A program made the position numbers and the translations under genes. Positions 36,832 through 47,660 of a DNA stretch of 64,000 bases are shown in pieces. The notes under the pieces were generated by a model, which made no database searches, was not told where the DNA came from, and saw only the letters and a program-made list of their open reading frames with translations. The DNA is from Gekko japonicus (lineage: Eukaryota), in NCBI RefSeq assembly GCF_001447785.1, contig NW_015165235.1, forward strand, positions 1,535,590 through 1,599,589. Direction: 5' to 3'. Position 1 is the first letter of the stretch. Each line of letters begins with the position of its first letter.

Positions 36832-37887
36832 CCTGATGCACCACCATAGATTACGCCCTGGCTGCCCATGATAACTAAGTGAAACCTCCATGTTTGGAGG
36901 TAGAAAATACAAAAGTGAAGTCATGCCATAGCTAGAATCCATATTACCCAAAACACCCTCCCGATGCATGCCACCTTTAACAATCCCATGGAAAGCAGAT
37001 GAACATACAGAGCTCAGATTTAGAGTCACATGCTCTGGATCTAGGGTTGCCAACCTCCCAAAATTACAACTGGCCTCCAGACAACAGGGATCAATTCCCC
37101 TGGAGAAAACGGCTAATTTGGAAGGTGGGCTGTATGATATCTCTCTTCCCCAAACTCCATCCTCAAAATTGCCAGGTATTTCCCAGCCAGAACTGATGAC
37201 CCAAACTGGATCCCAAAATTACTGAACTTATTGAAACAAGCATGGCAAACAAGTATAAAGCACACCATTAATTACATAACATTTATTATTAAAATATTGA
37301 ATCATATTATAACAACATACAATTTTAATTTTTAAAAAACTACATTGAAGTCCAAGCATGCCAAAACACATCAGCCAAGCAAACCTGGAACTGGAATATC
37401 AGAACAGTTTTATATGTAGGCCCACTGGAGAACTTGAGGTGGCAGATAGAATTCTCCTTCAAACCACTGTGGGAGAGTAACATTCACAAGTAAAGACATT
37501 CCAAAAAGCCCCGTTGCTATAAGTTCACAAGAAAAACAGCTCTGCCGAGATAAACAGCCATTCCATGCTATATTCTACAAAATAATACAGAAAGGGGGAG
37601 GGGCATTCAGAAGAGAAAGAAGGAGGGAATGGAACAAAGGTTTTTCAGATACAGCACTGTGGTCATCTATATCTTATTAAAGGTTCTCCTTCTCCAAAAC
37701 GTCACGTCCAAAACATCTATTCCTGTGAGGCAAATACATGGCAAGCAATCCATGTCCTCCACTTCCCTCCATCACTTCCCTCCACCGGCATTCTCCAGGT
37801 TCTTGCATCACCTTAGCTTGTCCTTCTTCAACCATGGACTGTCTATCCTAGGTCAACCGCTGGTGAAGACCTATCATAGAATAAGCT

Positions 37888-38239
37888 TTTTGTTGTTCAG
37901 TCACACAGTCGAGTCCGACTCTTCGCAACCCCATGGACTAGATCCTGCCAGGCCCTCCTGTCTTCCGCTGTCCTCTGAAGTTTGCTCAGTTTCATGTTCG
38001 TTGCATCTCTGACACTGTCTAACCATCTCATCCTTTGCCGTCCCCATCTTCTTTGACCTTCAATCTTTCCCAGCATCAGGGTCTTCTGGCAGTACATGGA
38101 TAGAAAACTGCCAGAAGTACAAGCTGGGTTTCGAAGAGGTAGAGGAACTAGAGATCAAATTGCCAACATTCGCTGGATTATGGAGAAAGCAAGAGAGTAC
38201 CAGAAAAAGCTGGGTTTCGAAGAGGTAGAGGAACTAGAT
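37888..38239 (-). mobile_element. RTE/BovB-like insertion with an inverted internal segment
   Basis: 37888-38095 (minus) is the BovB-type 3' end, KTLMLGKIEG...W..LVHGVAKSRTRL with a (CAA)n tail. 38096-38238 (plus) encodes EVQAGFRRGRGTRDQIANIRWIMEKAREYQK. Flanked by TSD AATAAGCT (37880-37887 and 38240-38247). Confidence 0.8.
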
Positions 38240-38249
38240 AATAAGCTAT

Positions 38250-38937
38250 GTTGGTGTAAAATCCCTTCAACCATCCATCAGCTGTAAGCATTGCAGCAGT
38301 GAAACACCTCTATTCACACCTACGTACACAACCTCATTCAGCCCATCACATTCACACCCACATTCAGCCCATCACTGTACTGATTTGCTTACTCCAAGCA
38401 TCAGGTGCCAGAAGTCAGGCAAAGCAGAGTTGTTCAGTCCAAGGTCAGGGGTCCAGAAGTCAAGTAAAGCAGAGTCATTCAGTCCAAGGTCCAGAAGCCA
38501 GGCAAGGCTAGGTGGCTTGGTGTCTATCATACATGTTGTGTCCATGCCTAACAGTCTCTTTTGGCTGGTTTTATAGCTCCACAGCTGCTCAGAAGCGATC
38601 CTGCAACTACTCATCTTTATTATCAGCAATCAGTTGGTGTCAGGCCAGGAGGCATGTACTTTGCCATCTTGTCTGTAGCTCTGTTCTCAAACTCCATCTG
38701 TGGTGCTCTAAGGGTGTAGGTGATACTGGTGGGCTGTGAATAGCCAACTGAGGTTCACCTGCTGAATCAGGGGTGGAGGGTGTCAGTGACTCTGCACCAG
38801 CTGTTGGCTGTGAATCCTAACAAGTCTGCAGCTCATTTTCCTGCTGGTCAGCTTCTGTTAGCTCAAGGCTAGCTACATAGAGCTCCTCTTCTCCTGAGGA
38901 GTCCTTGCTATTGCTGAGCCCTGGCTGACTCATGACA
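38250..38937 (-). mobile_element. Gypsy-like solo LTR remnant with short internal repeats
   Basis: Minus strand begins TGTCATGAGTCAGCC; ~45-bp repeats at 38405-38505; TATA-like ctataaaa on minus. The left boundary is uncertain. Confidence 0.45.
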
Positions 38938-39059
38938 ATTGGTTGATTCAGTAATGAAGCCATATGGTCATCTGAGTAACTGAAAGCATTAAAATCTCTT
39001 TGTGCCATAATGTCAGTTACAAAAAATCCCCAATAATTAACAAGGATACAACAAAAGGG

Positions 39060-39330
39060 AAACAAACCCAACCTAAAAATCAAGTCAATTACTCAAGAGG
39101 TTGAGTACCAACATCATATTTTTTAAAACAATTGTATAAATATTTATTGCACAGTGCACCAGGTCAAAGTTAAAAACAACACACATAGAGAATAAAAATA
39201 TCATATACAGCAACCAATTGGAGTTGCACGTACAGTGATAACAAGATGTCAATAGTGGTTTCACATAAAGATATATAACCACTAAGCCAGATGTGTTTTG
39301 GCCCTAAGGGCCTTCTTCAATGGTCAAAGC
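39060..39330 (-). mobile_element. Penelope-like fragment with a decayed hammerhead (39287-39323)
   Basis: Minus strand reads CCA-TTGAAGA-A-GGCCC-tta-GGGCC-AAAAC-ACATC-TGG. This is consistent with decay from CCA CTGAAGA...GAAAC GCGTC TGG, and an AT-rich tail follows. Outer boundaries are approximate. Confidence 0.55.
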
Positions 39331-39739
39331 CGTGTTGCACACACATAAAAAGTAAAATATCTTTCCTTTTGTGGGGCCAGGCAGGTTTTAAATAATTCAC
39401 TACAGGCTGAAGCTCCAAATAAAGAATGAAAGACAGGCCTGTATATCATAAGAAGCCAGCACTCTGATATCTCTGAACCACTATTCTGTTCTTGGCCATA
39501 GCTATATTTCCTCAGTGCATGCAAATGTGAACCAGAATTAATCAAGACCCCGGGTCTCAACTAAATACTCTCAGCATTCTACAGTTGACGATGCATGTGC
39601 CCATCAGTCTCTGATTCAACATATTTACTGCCTTAACTATGTTTGCTTGTTATTCCTTGAATCTGTTCAACATCTTCATTATGTTGATTTGCTGCTTACC
39701 TTCTATCTCTGTGTGTGGACTGGTGGGTTTAATTTCCTT

Positions 39740-39860
39740 GTGTCTGATGAAGTGTGTGTGCACACAAAAGCTCACACCTTGAATAAAACTTTGTTGGTCT
39801 TAAAGGTGCCCGTGGACTCAAACTTTGTTCTGCTGCTTCAGACCAACACAGCTACCCATC
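39740..39860 (+). mobile_element. Penelope-like terminal fragment with a hammerhead remnant (39740-39777, single core substitution)
   Basis: GTGT-CTGATGA-A-GTGTG-tgtg-CACAC-AAAAG-CTC-ACAC, with GAAA changed to AAAA at a CpG. It is followed by the recurring tail aataaaac...ggtcttaaaggtgc...cagaccaacacagctacc. Confidence 0.7.
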
Positions 39861-42800
39861 GGATTCTAGTTTTAGTATTTTAAGTTAAAATGTGTTAATG
39901 CCTAGTTGCACTTTCATAGGCCTAATGTAGACACAACTCCTAATCATGGTTAGTGGTGATCATGATTTCTTGCTCTAACCTGAATTAAGATCTCAAATGC
40001 ACCCCCGAAACTATTGTTGAGTTTGCCAAGCTGAGATCTGTCTGAATGCCTCAATCTGCAAGCAGAGAGATTACGTAGGTGGTAAACCAGCACTGACCAT
40101 GGATTGCTCACTGTGCAAGAAATGCTTTACCATGGTTAACATAAATCATTGTTTGGAAATGACTTGGAATCATGGATTCAGGGTTCATTTGAAATTGTCG
40201 TAAGGACAATGCCTAACTTGCATTCATTTAAGTAACAACTTTTAATTATTTTTGTGTTAGAAGCTCCATATGAAGTTTGGTCTAAAGATTTACTTTCTAC
40301 TCCATTTTCCTGTGAATTCCTCAAGACTCTTCATACTTACTCCAATATTGGATGGACTCTGGCAGGTGGAATAGTTCAGTGTTTATAGCAACTAACCTGC
40401 AGGTGTTTGTGCTGGGCATTGCTGGTGTACTGCGTAGCACAACTACTACAAAAATGAACATTAGGAAAGAGAAGACTAAGGGGAAACACTATAGGATGCT
40501 AATGGGCAGTAGACTCAGGATGGACAAAAGGAAATACTTCTTTACTCAATGAGTGATTAAAAGGTGGGATCTGGTGCCAGAGGATGTAGTGATGGCCATA
40601 GGCTTCAAAAAGAAATTAGACTGATCCATTAAGTCTATCAGTGGCTTCTAAGCCATGATGACTAAAGGGGACCTCCACATTCAGAGGCAGTAAACTTTTA
40701 AATACGAGTGCCAGGAAACAACATAAGGGGAAGGCTTCAGACCCTTTGCTCTGTTGTTAACCCTCCAACATAACTGATTGGTCACTGTGTGAGACAGAAT
40801 GTTGGATTAGATGGATACTGCTGGACTAGATGAGGTTGTGTCTTAAAAATGATCTGCTCCAGGTGTCAAATATGCTAGATATGCCACTGTTCTGCAGTAA
40901 TCCCTTAATTCTGCATGTGTATCCATCTTCATCTTTCTATAATAGACCTTTTAAAATTGTCCCATATTCGGAGAAAAAAAATAAAATTGTCCCATATACT
41001 ACAGTCATCAGAAGGCATACTAGAACTTTAAAAAGTAAGCTGCTTTAATATAGAAGCAATTCGCATATCTGAATAACTGAACACATTAGAATCTCTTTGT
41101 GTCATACTGACAACTAGGAATAAGGTCTGTTGTTGAAATAAATACAACAGATTCTAAAAAGAGGCTCTGGGCAGGTGCTCCAGCCTTGGGCACTCAGTGT
41201 CAGTTTGCTGTGGTGACTTCAGCAGGGTATAATAACACAGAGTCCACCATTTTCTCCAGGGAAACTGATCTCTACCACCTGGAGAGCAGTTGTAATTCTG
41301 AGTTATCTCCAGCCCTCACCTGGAGACTGGGAACAATGGTTCCCCAGGAGGGAAAGTACAGTCTTTCTCCGCAATGAGGACCAAAGCAGCTCACATCATT
41401 CTCCTCTCCCCCTTTTGATCTGCACAACAACCCTGTGTGGTAGTTTAGGCTGAAAGTCTGTGACTGGTCCAAAATCACCCACTCATCTTCCACAGCAAGA
41501 ATCTGGGTCTGGCAGACCCTGCTCTAAAGTGCTGCTATGCCACACTAGTTGTGGTATAGCCTGGTATCACAAATGAACTCCAGACAACAGATATCTCTCT
41601 CCCCCTGGAGAAAACAACTGCTTTGGAGGGTGAACTCTATAGCATTCTGTTCAGCTGAGGCCTCTCCCCTCCCCAAACTCTGGCTTCCATAAACTCCACC
41701 ACATAATCTCAAGGAATTTCCCCATCTGGAGCTGGCAACCCTAGTCAGGACTGGCCCCAATGAGTTCCCCACAAAGGCCAAAGTAGGCCTGGAAAGGCCC
41801 TCCTCCCCACACCTTTTTGCTGACAGAACCAAGCTTGGTAGCCTAACAACAAACACTAAGGGGAAAGTGAGCAGAAGGAGAAGAGAATGGTTTGATGGCC
41901 ACTGGCCCACCTCAGTAACCAGCAAGCCACAGAGGAGCCAAGCAGGAGAAGTGTCTTTGTCAGGAGAGACAGTTGTTTTGGCAGTTTATTCTGTCAAGGA
42001 AGAGTGGCCAAGTTGGCAGTGGGCAGGAAAGAGGAGTGGACCCACACCCAGCCAATGGCTCACAAGTTAGTTCGCCTAGTGAGCGAGCGGGCCCTGCCTG
42101 ATGCACCATAGCTAGAATCCATATTACCCAATCAAGCTAAGCAACACCAAATAATGGGCAAAAACCCAACCCAAAAATGGAACTGGATACCTAAAAGGTT
42201 GACCTTCAGGCCTTGGCATCCTGCCAGGCTTCAAGTCATAAGTTCACATTGCAAGCTCTCCCACTTTCACGGACGGACTTGCCTTCTTGATCCTCTCCCA
42301 TCCACACTTCAGCCTGTGTCCTCCTTTCTTGTCAGCCTTGATCTGCATGCTTGCCACCCTCTGGCAGAGAAACAGAGAGACAGGAAGTAAGGGCTTGTTT
42401 CAGAACTAAGGGGAAGGCCCACTTCCTTCCTCCTCCTCCTCCTAGTTGTCTGTGTGTGGCTGAGGTCAGCAACCTCTAAAGGTAGCCATTTCCCTGAGGC
42501 AACGTGTCCTCCTTTGATGAGGTGGCACTCTGGTGCCCCAACAGCTGAGGTCACTGCTGCAAAGTATCAAGGAAATGAATCCCTCTATTTACACTTCTTG
42601 TGTGATCTCTGTGCTTCAGTTTTAATGTGTTGACATACATATCATCACCCCATCATCCCATTTCCCACTGTATCCCTTTCTCTACTATTTCCTCTTTCTG
42701 TTCCTTGGCTGCCCCCTATTTCATTTATTTAAAAGCTCTTTCCATCCCTTGGCTGCCCCTATTTCATTTATTTAAAACTTTTGTTAGCTGCCTTTCTGCC

Positions 42801-44380
42801 TTGTGGAACTCAAGGTAGCTTACAATATAATCAGAGCATTATAAAAACACAATAAAAATAATAATTATAAAACCTGTAAAAGGCACGGATTAAAAGGCAC
42901 AGAGCCCTACAACCTCACCCCTTTTCTTTTTTTCTTCTTCCCACTCACCAAACAACCTACCTTTATTTGTTCCCGTGACGTAAGCTTTTTCCCTCCCTTT
43001 CCTACCTGCCATTGGCTCCCTGTGAAGTCTGGCAAGGGGGGTTGGTGGTTGCCAGCTCAGGGCTGATCCCAGTTGTGCAGTGGCTGCTGCTGTCAGCAGG
43101 GCAGGCCTCAGGGTGCCATAGCCACCGCTGCCAAGCCGAGCTAAATCGTATCCCTACTGGGCCTGTCATTGGCGAGTCATCCTCTATCAAGGGACATGAG
43201 GTTGAATGATCTGGAGGGAGGAGCCTTTCTTGGGCTGTTCCAGCCTCCTAGTCTACCCCTGCTCCCCCCTCCCATAGCTTCGCTTTCCAGAAATCAAGGC
43301 TTGGAATGTTTGGCAATACTGCTGTGATTGCCAAGTGAACTCCAACAGCCACAGAGTCCAGTGGGCATTCTTAAAGCTACAGATCTTGTTTGTTCTTTTG
43401 AGGAGTTTTGATTCCAGGATGTATTGTTTTCCCTCAGATTTCCCCCCCTGTAAACTTGGGACTGCTTCAGGTTTGAACTTAGGGCCCCCCCCCCATCTTT
43501 CCAACTCTCCCTATCTGGCAACCCTACTCCTAAGGCTGGCAACACTGGGTTTGGGCTGCGTTTTTAAAGTCTAGTTTGGCGTTCAGGTTTCACAAAACCA
43601 GACCTAAGAGTACTGTTAAAATACACTTCTAAAGGAGGTCTTTACTCAACAAGTGAATAAAATGTGGCATTCACTGCCAGAGGATGTAGTGATGGCCACA
43701 AGCACAGATGGCTTTAAAGGATTAGATAAAAATTTGTGGAAGATACTTCACTGCCACTTGGAAATAGAAACAGTCAGATACTCTGGAGAGCTATCAATAT
43801 ATCTGTGGTTCCCATGGTCGCTGCTTTTGCCATCCTGCATGTGTCTTTGGGAGGCAGAGGGTGGCTTATTATGGTTTATTTGTAGGGTTGTCATGTCAGG
43901 GTTGGGAAATACCTGGAGATTTAGTGGTTGGAGCCTGGGAAAGGCAGGCTTTGGGGAAAGACCTGAGCAGGGTATAGTGCCATACAGCCCCCCTCTCCAA
44001 AGCAGCCATTTTCTCCAGGGGAACTGATCTCTTTTGCATGAAGACCAGCTGTTAATACCAGGCGATCTCCAACAACCACCTGGAGGTTGGCAACCCTATT
44101 TACTTGTGGTTCTAAGGTTTGTAGTGTTGGTTTGCTTATAGTGGTGTGACTGATTGCTAGTGATTATGACCTCAGTTTTAATCAGTTGATCTATGTTACT
44201 TTTTCTCTGGGAACATTGCTCTGGAATACAACTTCTGTATACATAGATAAAACATCCCTTGCTTATTCATCTGGAAACCCTGTAACAAGCTAATTCCTCC
44301 CCCCTTGGGTCGAATTTAGGTAACATGTCTTCTTCCATTGTTGTCTTCTGCCAGCATTTGTTTAGTAACCCCCCCACTGA

Positions 44381-44709
44381 TAGGGCTGCCAAGTCCCCCC
44401 GGAGGGCGTATTTCCCCCCGCTTTGGAGGCCCGATTTCCGCCCCCGCAGAATCAGGCCCCGGGGGAAACCCCACCCCCGCGTGCACATCACAGGGAAGTG
44501 ACGTCATGACGCCGGGCACGCTGGGGGCAGGGCCACAGCCATTTGAGGGGAAAACATAGAGTTTTCCCCTCAAATGGCTATGGCCCTGCCCCCAGCGTGC
44601 CCGGCGTCATGACGTCACTTCCCTGTGACGTGCATGCGGCAAGCGCGCACGCTCCGGGAGCCACCCCAGAGTCCCCCGCTGGCGAGGTAAGTCCGATTTG
44701 GCAACCCTA
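44381..44709. mobile_element. TAGGGTTGCCA-type MITE with a long internal palindrome
   Basis: Ends tagggctgccaa / ttggcaacccta; internal arms at 44477-44555 and 44561-44639. Relatives with the same termini lie at ~27426-27626, 37042-37200, 41560-41743 and 43883-44098. Confidence 0.8.
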
Positions 44710-44782
44710 CCCACTGACCATTATTGACCCCTCTCCTTGGTTGCAGTCTTATGTGTTCTTTATATTTGTTTAGGTATTTTGC

Positions 44783-45208
44783 TTTTTTGGCCATCAAATC
44801 ACAGCTGACTCATGGTGACCCCATGGGGTTTTCAAGGCAACAGATGTTCAGAGATGATTTGCCCTTGCCTGCCTCTGCATAGTGACCCTGGACCTCCTTG
44901 GTGGTCTCCAGTGTTCCCTCTAAGCTGAGGGTAGTGTGAGCTAGCTCATAGTTTTTAAACCTCCGGCTCACATATCTTTGTCTTAGCTTAGGAAGGATGG
45001 CTCCAGAGCAAACTAATTTATGCAGTAGCCAAATCACTCTCTCACAACTTTAATGCCAGTAGCTCACAAGGTAGAATTTTTGCTCACAAGACTCCACAGC
45101 TTAGAGGAGAATCGGTGGTCTCCCATCCAAATACTAACCAGGGCTGAACCTGCTTAGCTTCCGAGATCTGATGAGATCAGGCTAGCCTGGGCTATCCAAG
45201 TCAGGGCA
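44783..45208 (-). mobile_element. 5S rRNA-derived SINE (interrupted by a MITE)
   Basis: The minus-strand head GATCTCATCAGATCTCGGAAGCTAAGCAGG...GGTTAGTATTTGGATGGGAGACC follows 5S rRNA and then continues into a non-5S body. Other copies lie at ~35594-35795 (+) and ~47229-47412 (+). Confidence 0.8.
44909..45114 (+). mobile_element. hAT MITE (CAGTGTTCCCTCTAAGC family) inserted in a 5S-derived SINE
   Basis: Perfect TSD GTGGTCTC (44901-44908 and 45115-45122). Confidence 0.85.
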
Positions 45209-47454
45209 CATTGTGCATATGCTATATTTTAAATGCTGTTATAATGGCAAAATATGTAAATATTTTGATGTTTGTCACCTTCCCCCCCCATTTGGATAGA
45301 AAGGCAGCATAGAAATGTTTTTCTTTTTTTAAAAAAATAAATCCCGTTAAGAGAGTTTCCCTCTATTTGCTTTCCAGGATTTCTGTAACTCTACAGTGGA
45401 CCAACCACTCAATTCAATGTGGGCCAGGTATTTCCTCTGCATTTCCAAATGGGATAACAAGACTTCTAGGTAGTCAACCTGTGTGATGGGTTCTTATGCA
45501 ATTTTGACATCAGTGCTGTCTAGGCCTCGGATTTTCAAAAAGGTTGTAATTTTCTCACAATTAGTTGAAAGAAACTTTCTTTTACAATAATTGTCCAATG
45601 TACATACAGTCTTCTCAGTTCCTTGTGATGGGAGGGAGGACACTCTGCAGCCTTTGAACTCCTTTAATGGCAAAAAAAAGGAAGCTGAACAGGAAAAGAG
45701 CTGAAATGGTAATTGATTAGTAGAACCCAAGTGAAGAAAGTCTTAAAAGCAGTTTGAACGGGAGACCATTATTACATGTTCCCAAAAGTGTGTGTGTGTG
45801 TGGGGGGGAAAACTCTCTCATTTGATGCCTACAAGCAAGAGGTTGTCTGCAGTAGCTCTCTGGGTTCCAGCCCCTGGTATCAACACGGGCATACTACTGT
45901 CCTGAAGAAAGTCAGGTGTTTTTAATTGCCTGATAGTGTCGTACTAAAATATGGCCAATATGGGGGAAACAGGGACGGGCACGAGGGAAAGGCCAAAGCA
46001 AGCACAATTTTCAGAAAATACAAAGACCAAATTAGGCAGGTTAACCCATCAACAGAAGGGAGAAATCATGCTATTCAGTTTAAATCTACTGAGTAAACAA
46101 TACATACCTTGATCACAAACTTTTTTTTTTACAGTGTGGTAAAATATCCTCACTCATCACAAGCTCTCTGCATGTGAACTAACCCACATCAAACATTTCT
46201 GTGGCACCACCTGGAAAGGGGTACGGAGGAGGGGGGAGCTTTTTTGGCAGCTCTCATCCCAAAGACCTTTTAGAGACTACTAACTAGGCTGCACTAGTAT
46301 ATCCAGCATGCCACGAAAGGCGCAAGGGAAGCTGCACCCTCTGGAGCTGATTCATATCTATCTGCATTCTGGCATCTTACTACAATTGCACATGATTGTT
46401 GTAATTCCTGTGAGCTCACATCCTGTTTATTGTCTCTGAACTTGCTCTCTCAACATGCTGGACTCTGCTACACCACAATTACTTTCTTACACAACAGACA
46501 ACACTATGGCTCTTCAGCTGGATTTTCACTCTGATCTGCCAGAATTTCTCCATTGGCCATACATCCCCAGATTTCCCCCTGGGGTATACAAGAAGCTACA
46601 GATCTGTTTCCCCCAGCCAGGTTTATAAAGAGTAGCCCAGAAAAAGGAATCAAGAGGCCAAGTGCATCAGTTTAAATATTCGAAAGGCTACAAACAAAGC
46701 TTCAGATTACACTGTAGTCAGAATCCAGAGGGGCAAAGCCACATCAATTAATTATAAATGATGTCAGCAGCCCCAAGCTGATATTGACTCAAAGCTGAGT
46801 GCTCTCTGAAAACCAAGCATTCGAAAGCTTGAGACAGAAATTATGTTAACTAAACTTAAGAAACCAGTTTCTACGTATTTCCTGGTAAATGATTCTCCCT
46901 CCCACGCATTTGCCCGTTCAGATTGTTTCTGACGAATAACACCATAATTGGGGATGATTTTGATTTAAATCAAATTATTCAAATAACTGAAATCAACGGT
47001 CAATAAAACGTTATCACTTTCTATCAAAAACCATCGTTCTTACAGTTTCTGTAAAATCGCATGCTCTTCAAAACTCACACACACATAGGGTTTATTTTTG
47101 AAGATATAAAATATACATTTTGAAACAGTATTTTGAACTTTTTTCAATTACTTCTGCAGTAATATTTTTTTTAAATCCTGCAATTATTTGGTTATTTTAT
47201 TTACCCAAGTTAATTAACACAGGGGGAAGGAAGGTGGCATGGTATAGCCCAATCTCATCAGATCTCAGAAGCTAAGCAGGGCCGGTACTTGGAAGGGAGA
47301 CCACCAAGGAAGACGCTGCAGAGGAAGGCAGTGGCCAGCCACCTCCACGTACCTTGAAAGCCCCTTGTGGGGTCACTATAAGTCCGCTGCAACTTGACAT
47401 CACTTTACACACACATGCAACACGCAATTAACACAGGTACCTGTGAGGTCACTG

Positions 47455-47660
47455 AGAGGGGTAGTGGCTGATCGGTAGAGCACCTGCTTGGTATTCAGAA
47501 AGGCCCACTTCCAATCCCCAGCATCTTCAATTAAAAGGATCAGGCAGTAAGTGATGTGAAAGACCTCCGAGACCCTGCAGAGCCGCTGCCAGTCTGAGTA
47601 GACAATTCTGACCTTGATGGACCAGGAGTCTGATTCGGGATAACGCTGCTTCATATGCTC
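47455..47660 (+). mobile_element. Second tRNA-derived SINE family (Squam2-like)
   Basis: gtggctgatcggtagagcacctgc...aaggcccacttccaatcccc head with a CR1-like tail. Other copies lie at 25647-25858 and ~24125-24270. Confidence 0.7.

Noticed and set aside
38405-38505. Regularly spaced short repeats resembling an array
   Set aside because: These are degenerate tandem units within an LTR-like element of a vertebrate genome, with no unique spacers, so not CRISPR.
45121-45208. Possible 5S rRNA gene
   Set aside because: It is diverged, lacks the 5S 3' end and terminator, and continues into a SINE body, so it is a 5S-derived SINE.
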